Assembly: GCA_963806185.1 (NCBI GenBank)
Contig: CAWDXE010000001.1
Span: 352,001 to 416,000, forward strand
DNA: 64,000 nt
Direction: 5' to 3'
Origin: an uncultured candidate division Zixibacteria bacterium
Lineage (GTDB): Bacteria; Zixibacteria; MSB-5A5; GN15; FEB-12
Part shown: in pieces, positions 41,141 to 51,224 of the stretch
Position numbering within the stretch: the stretch's first letter is position 1
Layout: each line of letters starts with the position of its first letter
Translations under genes and position numbers: made by a program
Notes under the pieces: model-generated
Databases searched by the model: none
What the model was told of the DNA's origin: nothing
What the model saw: the letters and a program-made list of their open reading frames with translations, nothing else

Positions 41141-41192
41141 AGGTGATCCTGCAGCCACTCTTCCCCCTGATCAGTTTCGGTTGCCGATTCCC

Positions 41193-42176
41193 TTATAGAT
41201 CCGCCAGCGCCGTCGGCCCCATTAATTCGACGAACGCGCGCAACAGCGGTTCATCGTACGCCCCCTTGAGCGAGAACATGAGTTTCAGCGCCGGATACGT
41301 GTCCATAGCGTGCTGATAGACTCGCTCCGTCGTCATCGCATCGAACGAATCGGCAATGGCGACAATTTTGGAATAGACATGCATCTCATCGAGCGACAGA
41401 CCCGAGGGATATCCCCGTCGGTCTCCGCGCTCGTGGTGCTGAAGCACGGGATAATAACAACTGGTGTCAATCAGGTTGGTTTCCCCCAGGATCTCCACGC
41501 CCCATTTCGGATGCTTTTTCAGAATTTCGAATTCGATCGGCGTCAACGCCCCGCGCTTGTTCAGTATACGCTCCGAAATCTTTGCCTTGCCGACGTCGTG
41601 CAACAGCGCCCCTACGCCCAGCTCGTGCAGGAATTGTCCGTCTTTCAGGCCGCATTGGATGGCCAGGGCGATTGAAAACGTGCACACGTTGACCGAATGG
41701 GTATAGGTGTAGTAATCAAATGAGGTGATTTGCATCAGACCCTGAAAAGTGTCCCGACCGGTCAGAATGTAATTGACCGTGTTTTCCACCAGATCTTTTG
41801 ACCGCTGTATATTCTCACCATAGGTCGGGTTGGCCAGGACATCCTTCACCAGATTGGTGGAGGTGTCGTAGAGGATGCCGGCTTTCTTTACCGGCTCGAC
41901 TGACGGGTCGACCAGAATCTTGTTGAGATTCTGCTCGATATATAGCTGGTACTTTCGTTTGGACTCAGCCGTGACAAACAACTTGTCCACCCGGTTGTCC
42001 ATCAACTTCTGGCGCGTTCGATCGGTGAAGGGAAGATTGGCCGAACGATAAAGCACAAGTTCGGTGTTGATCTTGATATAGAGGTCAAAATCCAACACCG
42101 AATCCACGCGCAGTGAATCCAGGAATATCGGAATATACTTCTGGTCGGTCCTGGCCTTAATCAGTGTCGAGGACAT
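41193..42176 (-). CDS. HD-GYP phosphodiesterase
   Basis: YTHS-NV, LHDVGK, HHER-D--GYP-GL, AD-FDAMT--R-Y. Confidence 0.9.
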   Translation of the reverse strand: MSSTLIKARTDQKYIPIFLDSLRVDSVLDFDLYIKINTELVLYRSANLPFTDRTRQKLMDNRVDKLFVTAESKRKYQLYIEQNLNKILVDPSVEPVKKAGILYDTSTNLVKDVLANPTYGENIQRSKDLVENTVNYILTGRDTFQGLMQITSFDYYTYTHSVNVCTFSIALAIQCGLKDGQFLHELGVGALLHDVGKAKISERILNKRGALTPIEFEILKKHPKWGVEILGETNLIDTSCYYPVLQHHERGDRRGYPSGLSLDEMHVYSKIVAIADSFDAMTTERVYQHAMDTYPALKLMFSLKGAYDEPLLRAFVELMGPTALADL

Positions 42177-42273
42177 AGAGCTCTCTTGTACACTCCCTGC
42201 ATGCGGACATCGGCCCAAGCTTGTGCACATCGAATCTCTTTAGGTATCGGCAGTTACAGGGTTCGACTGCAGG

Positions 42274-42306
42274 AAAAAAGAACCCCGCCGGTAACGGGCG
42301 GGGTCA
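42274..42306 (-). terminator. Intrinsic terminator
   Basis: accccgcc/ggcggggt hairpin with a minus-strand U-tail. Confidence 0.7.
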
Positions 42307-42336
42307 AGAGCAACCGCAAGGAGGATGGGAAGTTGG

Positions 42337-42957
42337 CTAAGCGCCAATGTTCTTCACCGACTGCAATACCGATTGAAGTCGAACCGTGATGTCGGATAGT
42401 ACTTTGGAGTAGCGCTTCAGCAACTCGGAATACTGCCAGCGCATCTGGAACGCCTGCTCCGGGAAATCGAACATTTCGAGCAGCGTAACCTTGTATATCT
42501 CGTCCATGTACTTGATGACGTAAAACGGATACTCCGTCACGTTGGGGTCATTTACCTCGCCCTTGGACAGCCGGTCACGGTATACCTCTACTTTTTCCAA
42601 CACAACTGTGCCAAAACACCAGGGCGTCATTACTACGCCCAGATTCGAACCATCCGTGTAAAACCGGCGAATCGTCCGCAGGAGCAGATCAATGATGACA
42701 GCCTTGCTTCGATAGTACGCAACGGATTCCGAACGGTTGGACGGCGTGGAGAGGATCTTGTCGCGGAGGATTTCGCGCTGTTGACTGGCACGATCATAGG
42801 TGGTGCGCAAAAATGAGTAATAATCCTCGAAATAGACTTTGCTGTTTTCTGAAAGCGACATAATGTAGTAGCCGTTCTCGTCCTTGCGCACCTTCGGTTC
42901 CTGGATACCAGCTAACCGTTCTGGTGAGAAGCCGCGTAGGAACTTGCCATCTAACAT
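42337..42957 (-). CDS. Hypothetical cytoplasmic protein
   Basis: 206-aa ORF with SD AAGGAG, own promoter motif and terminator. Confidence 0.75.
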   Translation of the reverse strand: MLDGKFLRGFSPERLAGIQEPKVRKDENGYYIMSLSENSKVYFEDYYSFLRTTYDRASQQREILRDKILSTPSNRSESVAYYRSKAVIIDLLLRTIRRFYTDGSNLGVVMTPWCFGTVVLEKVEVYRDRLSKGEVNDPNVTEYPFYVIKYMDEIYKVTLLEMFDFPEQAFQMRWQYSELLKRYSKVLSDITVRLQSVLQSVKNIGA

Positions 42958-42996
42958 TGTCGTCTCCTTGCTTCAGTTTCTTCTGATACCTGATTG

Positions 42997-43012
42997 AGCA
43001 TACGCTATGCCG
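42997..43012 (-). promoter_or_regulatory. Possible sigma54 promoter
   Basis: cGGCAT-agcgt-aTGCT, GG-N10-GC spacing, ~40 nt upstream of the ATG. Confidence 0.5.
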
Positions 43013-43330
43013 TTTCCGCAATATGCGCAGGCCACCGACATACTCGTCCGCACCAGTATATAGATCAAGGAGTTAGCTCGTATATAGGCGATGCACAACT
43101 CTGCTCTGGCCGCGCAGAAAAATGCACAGAACGATGCAGGGAAGAATTGAAAACAACAATCTGCAGCGACTTGCGACCTGATCGAGACAACGCAACTGGT
43201 GACTTTTCCACCAAAACCGCCGAGAAATGGACGGCCCGACATCTTGGACATAAATATCTGCTGAGTTGCTGTCCGATAATTGGAAATAGGAAAGTGAGAA
43301 TCACCCTAAGCATACCTCTCAGGAGTTGAT

Positions 43331-43537
43331 ATGAGCGCGCGCCCCCTTAAGGCCAAACCGCGACGGTGGCAGGTAAGCAATAAGACAGAGAAGATGGGTC
43401 ACCGCAAGGAAGTGGAAATCGATTCTGCCGTAGAACACAAACAGAAGCGCGGTCGACGCCAGGCTTGGAGGGAAACCCGCGATCTGATCAGGCAGTTACC
43501 CATCGCCGATCTGATTGAAAACGATCTCGAACCGTAA
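43331..43537 (+). CDS. Small basic hypothetical protein (68 aa)
   Basis: SD AGGAG 5 nt before ATG; followed by a strong terminator. Confidence 0.55.
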   Translation: MSARPLKAKPRRWQVSNKTEKMGHRKEVEIDSAVEHKQKRGRRQAWRETRDLIRQLPIADLIENDLEP

Positions 43538-43568
43538 TAGTGCCGGAAAACCAGTTGACCACTTCGTC

Positions 43569-43602
43569 GGGCGCCTCCAGCTGGAGGCGCTTTTTTTCTT
43601 TT
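43569..43602 (+). terminator. Intrinsic terminator
   Basis: gcgcctcca/tggaggcgc followed by ttttttt. Confidence 0.8.
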
Positions 43603-43674
43603 GACAGAACCGATCCCTTCTGCGTTAATGAACTGGGAACTGTTCACACATTGCACAGCACAATCGGGTGACCT

Positions 43675-45252
43675 ATGGCACATTCATACAGATCATGTCT
43701 TCTCGCCGTACTTTCTTTGACTCTGCTGGCCGGTCTGGTCGGCTGTAACAGTGATGATGGCGGCGTCGCCCCCGGACCAATTCTCAATCTCTCCACTGCC
43801 AGTCTCGCCTTCACGGGTGTTGCCGGCGGCGCCAACCCACCTTCCCAACGCGTTACCGTTACGAATGGCGGCACCGGGGACATGACCTTTACCGCGACCA
43901 AGACCGCCGCCTGGATCAGCCTCGTGCCGAATACCTCAAATACCATATACGTCGAAGTGTATACGACCGATCTCGACGCGGGCGAATACAACGACACTAT
44001 CATTGTCAGTTCCCCGCAAGCATCCAATTCGCCCAGGCGAGTGGCGGTCAAACTGACCATCGCCCATGGTTTGGCGGTCAACCCGGGTAGTTTCCGATTC
44101 ACGGCCTTGCGAAACGGCGACAATCCGCCCGTCAAAAAACTGGCTATTATTAACAATGGCGGAGGGGGGATCGACTACACCATTACCGGCACCGGCTCCT
44201 GGATCACGCTTTCCAAAGTAGCAGGTGTGGCCACCGATACAGTCGAAGTTGGTGCGGCTTCCTCGACGCTCGCCAGTGGTGTTTATTCAGGACGGCTTAC
44301 CGTCGCCTCGCCACAGACGGCCAATCAGGTTATCGTCACCTGCTCGCTCATGGTCAGTTCATGGGATCGCCAGGAGTTGGGCCTTTACTTCGATTTGCGC
44401 GATGTTGATTTTGTCGATGCTGCCCACGGTTGGCTCACCGGGTTTATCGGCAACAATCCCGGACACGTCGGCGTGATTATGGCCACGAGCGACAGCAGTC
44501 GCACATGGCAGCAGGTCCATTTGGAAAATAATACCAATATGGGCGGAATATCCATGATCGATGAAAACAAGGGCTGGGCGGTGGGCGACAGCGCTGTACT
44601 GCTCAAGACCATTAATGGCGTCGATTGGACTCGCGTCACAGACCTCCCGGTCGCCGACTCCATCAATCTCTGGCACGTGCTCTTCGTTTCCGCGAACAGG
44701 GGCTGGATCATCGGCACCAATGGCACCATTCTTCATACGAACGATGGCGGCACGTCCTGGCTTCCCCAGAATAGTTCAGTCGACGTATCTCTGGCCGGCG
44801 TTTACTTTGTCGATGAAAACGAAGGTTGGATCGTGGGAAACAACGGCAGAATCCTTCACACAACGCTGGCCGGACATGATTGGACTTTGCAGGCAAGCGG
44901 CACTATCAGCGATCTCTGGGGCATCTACTTCGCCGACAGCCAGAACGGTTGGGTAGTCGGCCGGGACGGAATCCTCTTGCACACTACCAATGGCGGCCAA
45001 AACTGGTTGAGTTCATTTCCCGGACCCACGGTCCAGTTTCAACAGATCACCTTTGCCGACGATGCGCTGCATGGGTGGATAGTCGGCCAGACCGGCACAA
45101 TTATGTATACTGCTGATGGCGGAGCGACATGGAATCAGCAATTGACTGGCGTGACTAACTGGCTGTTTGACGTCCACTTTTTTGACACCAATAGAGGTCT
45201 TGTCGTCGGCCAGGAAGGTCTGGTCCTCAAGACGCTTGGCGGCGGATTCTAG
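43675..45252 (+). CDS. Lipoprotein with two BACON-like domains and a YCF48/BNR-type beta-propeller
   Basis: Lipobox LVGC; W--L repeats; about seven GW-VG--G-I--T-DGG--W repeats. Confidence 0.85.
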   Translation: MAHSYRSCLLAVLSLTLLAGLVGCNSDDGGVAPGPILNLSTASLAFTGVAGGANPPSQRVTVTNGGTGDMTFTATKTAAWISLVPNTSNTIYVEVYTTDLDAGEYNDTIIVSSPQASNSPRRVAVKLTIAHGLAVNPGSFRFTALRNGDNPPVKKLAIINNGGGGIDYTITGTGSWITLSKVAGVATDTVEVGAASSTLASGVYSGRLTVASPQTANQVIVTCSLMVSSWDRQELGLYFDLRDVDFVDAAHGWLTGFIGNNPGHVGVIMATSDSSRTWQQVHLENNTNMGGISMIDENKGWAVGDSAVLLKTINGVDWTRVTDLPVADSINLWHVLFVSANRGWIIGTNGTILHTNDGGTSWLPQNSSVDVSLAGVYFVDENEGWIVGNNGRILHTTLAGHDWTLQASGTISDLWGIYFADSQNGWVVGRDGILLHTTNGGQNWLSSFPGPTVQFQQITFADDALHGWIVGQTGTIMYTADGGATWNQQLTGVTNWLFDVHFFDTNRGLVVGQEGLVLKTLGGGF

Positions 45253-45471
45253 TCTCACCGGTCTCGATTTTCGCCCTGTCGCAAATCGTCTTCTCCAACG
45301 GCCGATACCGGGTGGAATTCCGGCCGGAACCCCGGGCAACATCTTGCCCCGCACATCGTATAGTGGTAAGTTTGCATACGTGACAAAACGATCCGGATGG
45401 AACATACATGCTGCCGCCGGCATGCCTAATCACTGGCCGGCAAGGATGACAGAAAGGAAACGAACAAGAGT

Positions 45472-46773
45472 ATGCGTCAGGTATTAACTGCCACCGCCGC
45501 GGCCTTGCTTCTGGCGATCTCCGCCATGGCCGGCGCCGCTCACGACTGGCAGATCACTCAACTGGACAACGGCCTGAAAGTGATGATCCTGGAAAATCAC
45601 CAGGTCCCGCAGGTCAACATCTCAACGACCGTGAAAGTGGGCGCCAAGAATGAGTCCGATTTTTTCGACGGCGCCACCCATTTGCTCGAACACCTCATTC
45701 TCTTTCGGGGGACTGAGGAAATGAACGGCGATGAATTGGCGGCGGCCATGAAACAGCATGGCGCGTATTTTAACGGCTACACTTCTTCCGACTGGACCGA
45801 TTTTGTCATCACGCTGCCGAAAGAACACGAGGAATTCGCTTTTAAGATTCATGCCGATATGCTCTTCCGCTCCGCCTTCTCAGCCGAACAAATGGACAAA
45901 GAGCGCCAGGCGGTCAATGAAGAAATCAACATCTCCGAGGATAACCCGTTCGGCAAGGCCTACCGAACGTCCGTCGTCAAGGTCTACGGCAAACACCCAT
46001 ACGCAAAAAACGTCCTCGGCACGAAGGAAAATGTCAACAGTGTCCCCAGAGACTCGGTGTATGCTTATTACAAACGGTATTACGCCCCCAATAACATGAC
46101 CATGGTCGTCGTGGGTGATATCGACGCCCGCCAGACCCTTGAGCTGGTGAAGAAATATTTCGCTGCCGTCCCGCGCGGTGAGACGGCTGCCGATCGCTAC
46201 GCCGATCCGCCCAAACGGGACTCCGTGGAAACGATCAATATTCCGAAAGACGTCAATCAGGGATACCTGATGATGATGTCGATCGGCCCCAAATCCGACA
46301 GCCCCGATCAGTTTGCCCTCGACCTGATGGCCACCGTGCTCGGCAACGGCGAATCAAGCCGCCTTTCGAAGAAGTTGCTCGACGAACAGCGACTCGTCTA
46401 CTCTGTCGATTTCTCGTTCAACACGTCCAAATACGAAGGCACGCTATACGCTACGGCAACACTTGATCCGGCCAAAATGTCCGACGTGGAAACAGCTATC
46501 AATGCTGTAATCGCCGACGCTAAAAAGAACGGTTTTACCGAACAGGAACTGCGCAAGGCGAAAAACAAAATCAAGACCGCTCACTTCGCATCAATCGAAC
46601 GCGGCCTCGATCTCGCCGATAAATACGCCCAGTACGACTCCTTCATCGGCTGGCAGTTCGTCGAGACCTATCCGGACAACGTGGAGAAGGTCACGCTGGC
46701 GCAGTTGAATGACGTCGCAAAGCGTTACTTGAACACCGACTCGTATGTCAAGACTATGGTGGTGCCGAAATGA
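45472..46773 (+). CDS. Secreted M16 (insulinase-family) zinc peptidase, catalytic subunit
   Basis: Signal peptide; inverted zincin motif HLLEH; NG-TS-D-T; Y-P-NM--V-VGD. Confidence 0.9.
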   Translation: MRQVLTATAAALLLAISAMAGAAHDWQITQLDNGLKVMILENHQVPQVNISTTVKVGAKNESDFFDGATHLLEHLILFRGTEEMNGDELAAAMKQHGAYFNGYTSSDWTDFVITLPKEHEEFAFKIHADMLFRSAFSAEQMDKERQAVNEEINISEDNPFGKAYRTSVVKVYGKHPYAKNVLGTKENVNSVPRDSVYAYYKRYYAPNNMTMVVVGDIDARQTLELVKKYFAAVPRGETAADRYADPPKRDSVETINIPKDVNQGYLMMMSIGPKSDSPDQFALDLMATVLGNGESSRLSKKLLDEQRLVYSVDFSFNTSKYEGTLYATATLDPAKMSDVETAINAVIADAKKNGFTEQELRKAKNKIKTAHFASIERGLDLADKYAQYDSFIGWQFVETYPDNVEKVTLAQLNDVAKRYLNTDSYVKTMVVPK

Positions 46774-48092
46774 GAAAATTCAATGTGTATACGGCCATGA
46801 TCTTCGTCGTCGCCTTGCTGACCGTGCTGACGGTTGGTCTGTCGGCCAAGTCGGTCACGATCGGTCCCGATGGGTACGGAACAACCGTTCTCCCTAATGG
46901 CGCGAAGATTATCGTCAATGTCGACAAGAGCACCTCGCTTTCTGCTGGTCGCATCCTTTTTGGCGGCGGCGCGCTGACCGAGAATGCGGACAACAACGGC
47001 ATCAGCAACCTCACCATCAACATGCTGTTGAAAGGGAATGGCCGCCTCAACGCAGCCGAGATCACTGAACAACTCGACTTCCTCGGCGCCACCGTTTCGG
47101 CCGACTGTTTCCGCGACTATTCGGCCATCTCGTTCGTCTGCCTCACGGAGAATCTCGAGAAGGTATTGGGGATCATATCCGACTGCCTCACTTCCCCGAC
47201 TTTTCCTGAAGATGAATTGGTCAAGCTGAAGGGGCAGGTCGAGGGTGAAATCAAAGCCACCAACGACAATCAATCGGCTGCCTCCAACATGCTCTTCTGG
47301 AAGACGATCTACGGACCAAGCGGCTACGGCCTTCCGGTGCTTGGCACGCAGGAATCGATGTCGCGGGCCGCAGTCGACGGTATTCGCGCCCATTACAAAA
47401 ATTACCTGGGCGGAAGGAACATGATCGTCGCCGTCGCGACTGATATGGATGGCGACAAACTCTCGACGTTGCTCGAGAAGACACTCGGACCTATCAAGAG
47501 CGATGCCGCCGAAGTGGCCCCGCCGATGGTCGGTCGGCAGACCGACCGCAACGGTTTCATCTCCTATGACCGCAACCAATCATACGTCTACATGGGGTAC
47601 GTACTCGACAAACTGGCCCCTATGGAAATGACGTATCTTGGTTTGACCAACCAGGTCATGGGCGGGCCGGTCGGCTCGCGGCTGTGGGGTCTCCGCCAGA
47701 CGGAAAAGCTGGCCTACGACGTCGGTACGCAAGTCCTTCCGAATAGATTCGTGACTGTCTTTCGCGCCCGTATCGGCACTGACACCACCAAGGTCCGGCA
47801 AGCCCTCACCTCGCTCAACAGGGAGTGGAGTCGCTTGAAGACTGACGGTGTGACCGAACAGGAATTCTCCGACGCGAGGATGAACTACAAGAACAGCCTC
47901 ATGTTCGGCATCGATATCAAAACCAATCGCGCGAACAACATGGCCACCTTTGAATATTTGGGGTACGGTTACCGCTATTACCTCGATCAACTCGCGAATA
48001 TCAACACTGCTTCGCTCGCGGAGGTCAATGACTTCGTGAAAGCTAAACTGCAGGATGATCGCCGCTATCAGTCTATTGTCGGAAAACAATAG
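46770..48092 (+). CDS. Secreted M16-family non-catalytic partner subunit
   Basis: M16 fold without HxxEH; SRLW--LR----LAY motif; ATGA overlap with the catalytic subunit. Confidence 0.85.
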   Translation: MRKFNVYTAMIFVVALLTVLTVGLSAKSVTIGPDGYGTTVLPNGAKIIVNVDKSTSLSAGRILFGGGALTENADNNGISNLTINMLLKGNGRLNAAEITEQLDFLGATVSADCFRDYSAISFVCLTENLEKVLGIISDCLTSPTFPEDELVKLKGQVEGEIKATNDNQSAASNMLFWKTIYGPSGYGLPVLGTQESMSRAAVDGIRAHYKNYLGGRNMIVAVATDMDGDKLSTLLEKTLGPIKSDAAEVAPPMVGRQTDRNGFISYDRNQSYVYMGYVLDKLAPMEMTYLGLTNQVMGGPVGSRLWGLRQTEKLAYDVGTQVLPNRFVTVFRARIGTDTTKVRQALTSLNREWSRLKTDGVTEQEFSDARMNYKNSLMFGIDIKTNRANNMATFEYLGYGYRYYLDQLANINTASLAEVNDFVKAKLQDDRRYQSIVGKQ

Positions 48093-48117
48093 CGGGATTA
48101 TTTCAGGGAAGGTAAGA

Positions 48118-48150
48118 GGAGCCGCCGGACAGATCGTTCGGCGGCTTTTC
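48118..48150. terminator. Terminator between convergent genes
   Basis: agccgccg/cggcggct followed by tttc. Confidence 0.65.
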
Positions 48151-48159
48151 GCTATCGGT

Positions 48160-50363
48160 CTAGCCCACCAGCTTCAGTTTGGCGTACTTCGCCATGATCT
48201 TCTTTACGCCCAGTCCGGTGAACATGATTTCAAGACGCAAGTTCTCGCCGTAACCGTCGATCGAGAGGATCTTTCCTCTCCCAAAAGTCGGGTGTGCCAC
48301 GATCCGCCCGATCCGGAAGCCTGTCTCTTCCTCGACGTCGTAATAGACGCCCGACTGCGCCGGAGCCGGCTGCGGCTTGTACCCGCCACCGTTGCGCGCC
48401 GATGAGGGTTGGCGCTCCACGCCCGAATAATCGTAATTGCGTCCGGTGCGATAGTCGCGCACCTGGAGCAGTTCCTGCGGAATTTCGCGTATGAACCGAG
48501 ACGGTATCGATTCCACCTGCCCGAACTGATGCCGGCTGGCGCGCGTGGACAAGACCAGCCGCTTCTCTGCGCGCGTTGCCCCTACATAGAAGAGCCGCCG
48601 CTCTTCCTCAAGCTCCTGCTTCTCGGTCACCGTTCTCTGCAATGGGAAGAGCCCCTCTTCGAGTCCCACCAAATACACCGTCTTATACTCCAGCCCCTTA
48701 GCCGCATGAATCGTCATCATCGTGACCTTGTCGTCGGTTTCTTTCGCCCGTTCGACGTCCGTGAACAGTGAGATTTCCGATAGGTATTCAGCGAGGTGGG
48801 CATCCTGATGCGCCCGGGCGAAATCGGCGGCGCCCTCGACAAAAGCTTCGACGTTTTCCACTTTGGTCTGGCCGACAATCGGGTCCTCTTCCAGTAGCGC
48901 CGGGAGCATCTTGATTTCGGCAATCAGGTTGGCAATCAGAAGATCGGCCGACTGCGTGTCGGCGCGCTGACGAAAATTTTCGATCAGTTCGACAAACGGC
49001 TCAATCCGCTTTGCCTTTCCTGCCAGTTCCGGATACTGCCCTGCCTGCTGTGCCACCGTATAGCCTGAGATTCGCTCCCGCTTGGCGATCTCAAAAATAT
49101 CATCGATAGTCTTTTCGCCGAGTCCCCGCTTGGGGTAGTTGATCACTCGCCGAAAGAAATATCATCGCTCGGATTGATGAGCAGCTTCAGGTAGGCCATC
49201 AAATCCTTGATTTCCTTGCGCTGATAAAACAAGATGCCGCCCACGATCTGGTAGGCGATGCTCCGGCGGCGCAGCGCTTCTTCAAAAGCGCGCGACTGAG
49301 CGTTGGTACGATACAGAATCACCTGTTCGCTCAATCGATCCCCACCACCCACCGCGATACGGTCAACAATCCGAGCCGCTTCCTCGTCGGCATTGTCAGT
49401 CATCAACAGCTCGATCGGATCGCCGCCGTCGATATCCGTCCAGAGTGTCTTCCCTTTGCGCATCGCGTTATTGGCGATCACACTCGACGCCGCCTGAAGG
49501 ATGACTTTGGTCGAACGGTAATTCTGCTCCAGCTTGATAATCCGCGCGCTGGGAAAGTCCTTTTCGAAATCGAGAATATTACGGATATCCGCGCCGCGCC
49601 ACCCGTAAATCGACTGATCCTCGTCCCCTACGACGCAGATGTTGTGATGATCGTCGAGCAACGCCTTCAGCAGGAGGTACTGCGCATGGTTGGTGTCCTG
49701 ATACTCGTCGACCAGCAGATATTTGAATCGCTTGCGGTACCGTTCGCCGATCTGCGGTTCCATCGTGAGAAGCCGCACCGCGTTGTACAGCAGGTCGTTG
49801 AAATCCATCGCATTGCATTCGAGCAGTCGCCGCTGATACAGCGTGTAGAGCTGGGCCGTACGACTGTCGAAATACCCCGAGGCCTGCGCCGCGAATTGCT
49901 CCGGCGAAGTCATCTTGTCTTTCAACTGCGAGATTTTGCGAAGCTGCCCCTTGGCGGGGAATTGGCTGTCGGAAATATTCAGATCCTTGAGGCAGTTCTT
50001 CATCAAACGCTGGGAATCGTCATCGTCGAAAATCGTGAAATTGCTGGTATATCCAAGCGCTGCCGCCTCGCGACGCAGAAGCCGGGCACAGAACGAATGG
50101 AAGGTCGATACCTGCAAGTCGGCGATAGTTGTGCCGAGCAGTTGCCAGACCCGATCTTTCATTTCGCCGGCCGCTTTATTGGTGAAGGTAACCGCCAGCA
50201 TCTGATGCGGTTCGGCTTTGCGTTCGGTGAGGATATAGGCCAGCCGACGGGTGAGCACGCGGGTTTTCCCGGAGCCGGCGCCGGCAATAATGAGCAACGG
50301 ACCGTCGGTCTGACTGACCGCCTCGCGCTGCTCCGGATTGAGATCGTCAAGCAATCGGTTCAT
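48160..50363 (-). CDS. uvrD: UvrD/PcrA superfamily-1 DNA helicase; one frameshift near 49152
   Basis: AGAGSGKT, TFTNKAA, VDEYQD, VGD-DQSIY-WRGA, LEQNYRS, T-HAAKGLE, EERRLFYV--TRA, C-terminal Tudor-like domain. Confidence 0.92.
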
Positions 50364-50424
50364 GGTGAGGGGAATATAGGAGTGCAAATCGTCAGCGCAA
50401 TCGCGTTCGCACGTTACCGGCAAC

Positions 50425-51216
50425 TTACGCGCACAATTCCCCCCGTATCACCGTCACCGCCTGGCCGCCCAGCAGAATCCTGTCCCCGCGCACCCCCACT
50501 TTTACCACGCCGCCGCGTGCCGACGCCTGATAAGCCAGCAAATCGTCCTTCTCCAGTTTCGCCTTCCAGTACGGACCCAGCGTACAGTGCGCCGACCCGG
50601 TCACCGGGTCCTCGTTCACCCCCGCCCCCGGCGCGAAAAAGCGGGAGACAAAATCATACGTCTGTTCGCCGCGCGTGGTCACAATCACCCCTCGCACTGG
50701 CAACTTGCGCAACTGTCCGAAATCCGGGTCCAGACCGCGCACAATCGCCTCCGAACCAACCTCCACAAAATAGTCGTACGTGCTCTTCCCCACATACAAC
50801 GAATCGCTCAGCCCCAACGCCTCAAGCGCTCCCGTCGGAAGTTCCGCCGGGCTCACCGGACGCGCCGGGAAATCGAGTTCAATCCACGAGCCCTGTTTGC
50901 GGGCAGTCAGCACACCGCTCTTGGTATGGTAGTGAATAGTCGCGTCGCCCGGGACCCGCCCCTCCTCCCAGAGCAGGTGCGATGCTCCCAGGGTCGCATG
51001 CCCGCACAGGGCGACCTCCACCGCCGGGGTAAACCAGCGCAAATTGAACCCGTCGTCGGCCGGGTAGAGAAAGGCTGACTCCGCCAGATTCATTTCCCGT
51101 GCCACTCCCCTCATCCAATCCTCGCTTGCCGGTCCCGTCATCACGCATACGCCCGCCGGGTTTCCGAAAAACGGTTTGTCGGTGAACGCATCGACCTGGG
51201 CTATCGGTTGTTTCAT
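50425..51216 (-). CDS. PhzF-family isomerase
   Basis: VDAFT--PF-GNPA, LRWFTP--EV-LCGHATL, EDPVTGSAH. Confidence 0.92.
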   Translation of the reverse strand: MKQPIAQVDAFTDKPFFGNPAGVCVMTGPASEDWMRGVAREMNLAESAFLYPADDGFNLRWFTPAVEVALCGHATLGASHLLWEEGRVPGDATIHYHTKSGVLTARKQGSWIELDFPARPVSPAELPTGALEALGLSDSLYVGKSTYDYFVEVGSEAIVRGLDPDFGQLRKLPVRGVIVTTRGEQTYDFVSRFFAPGAGVNEDPVTGSAHCTLGPYWKAKLEKDDLLAYQASARGGVVKVGVRGDRILLGGQAVTVIRGELCA

Positions 51217-51224
51217 ACGTACAC

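Noticed and set aside
43335..43380. ggccaaacc...ggt resembling a c-di-GMP-I riboswitch near the HD-GYP gene
   Set aside because: It lacks the GNRA-capped P2 and GCAAA/P1 elements, and lies within an ORF with a good SD
44380..45240. Periodic DNA similarity in the lipoprotein gene
   Set aside because: Explained by protein-level beta-propeller blade repeats
49140..49160. uvrD as a naturally split gene or TGA recoding
   Set aside because: Adding one base restores ISFRRVINYP in the middle of a conserved domain; assembly error is more likely
49644..50939. Long antisense ORFs (431 aa here; also 11117-12043, 4462-5529, 46725-47579, 563-1297)
   Set aside because: Shadow frames of well-supported genes in GC-rich DNA, with no motifs of their own
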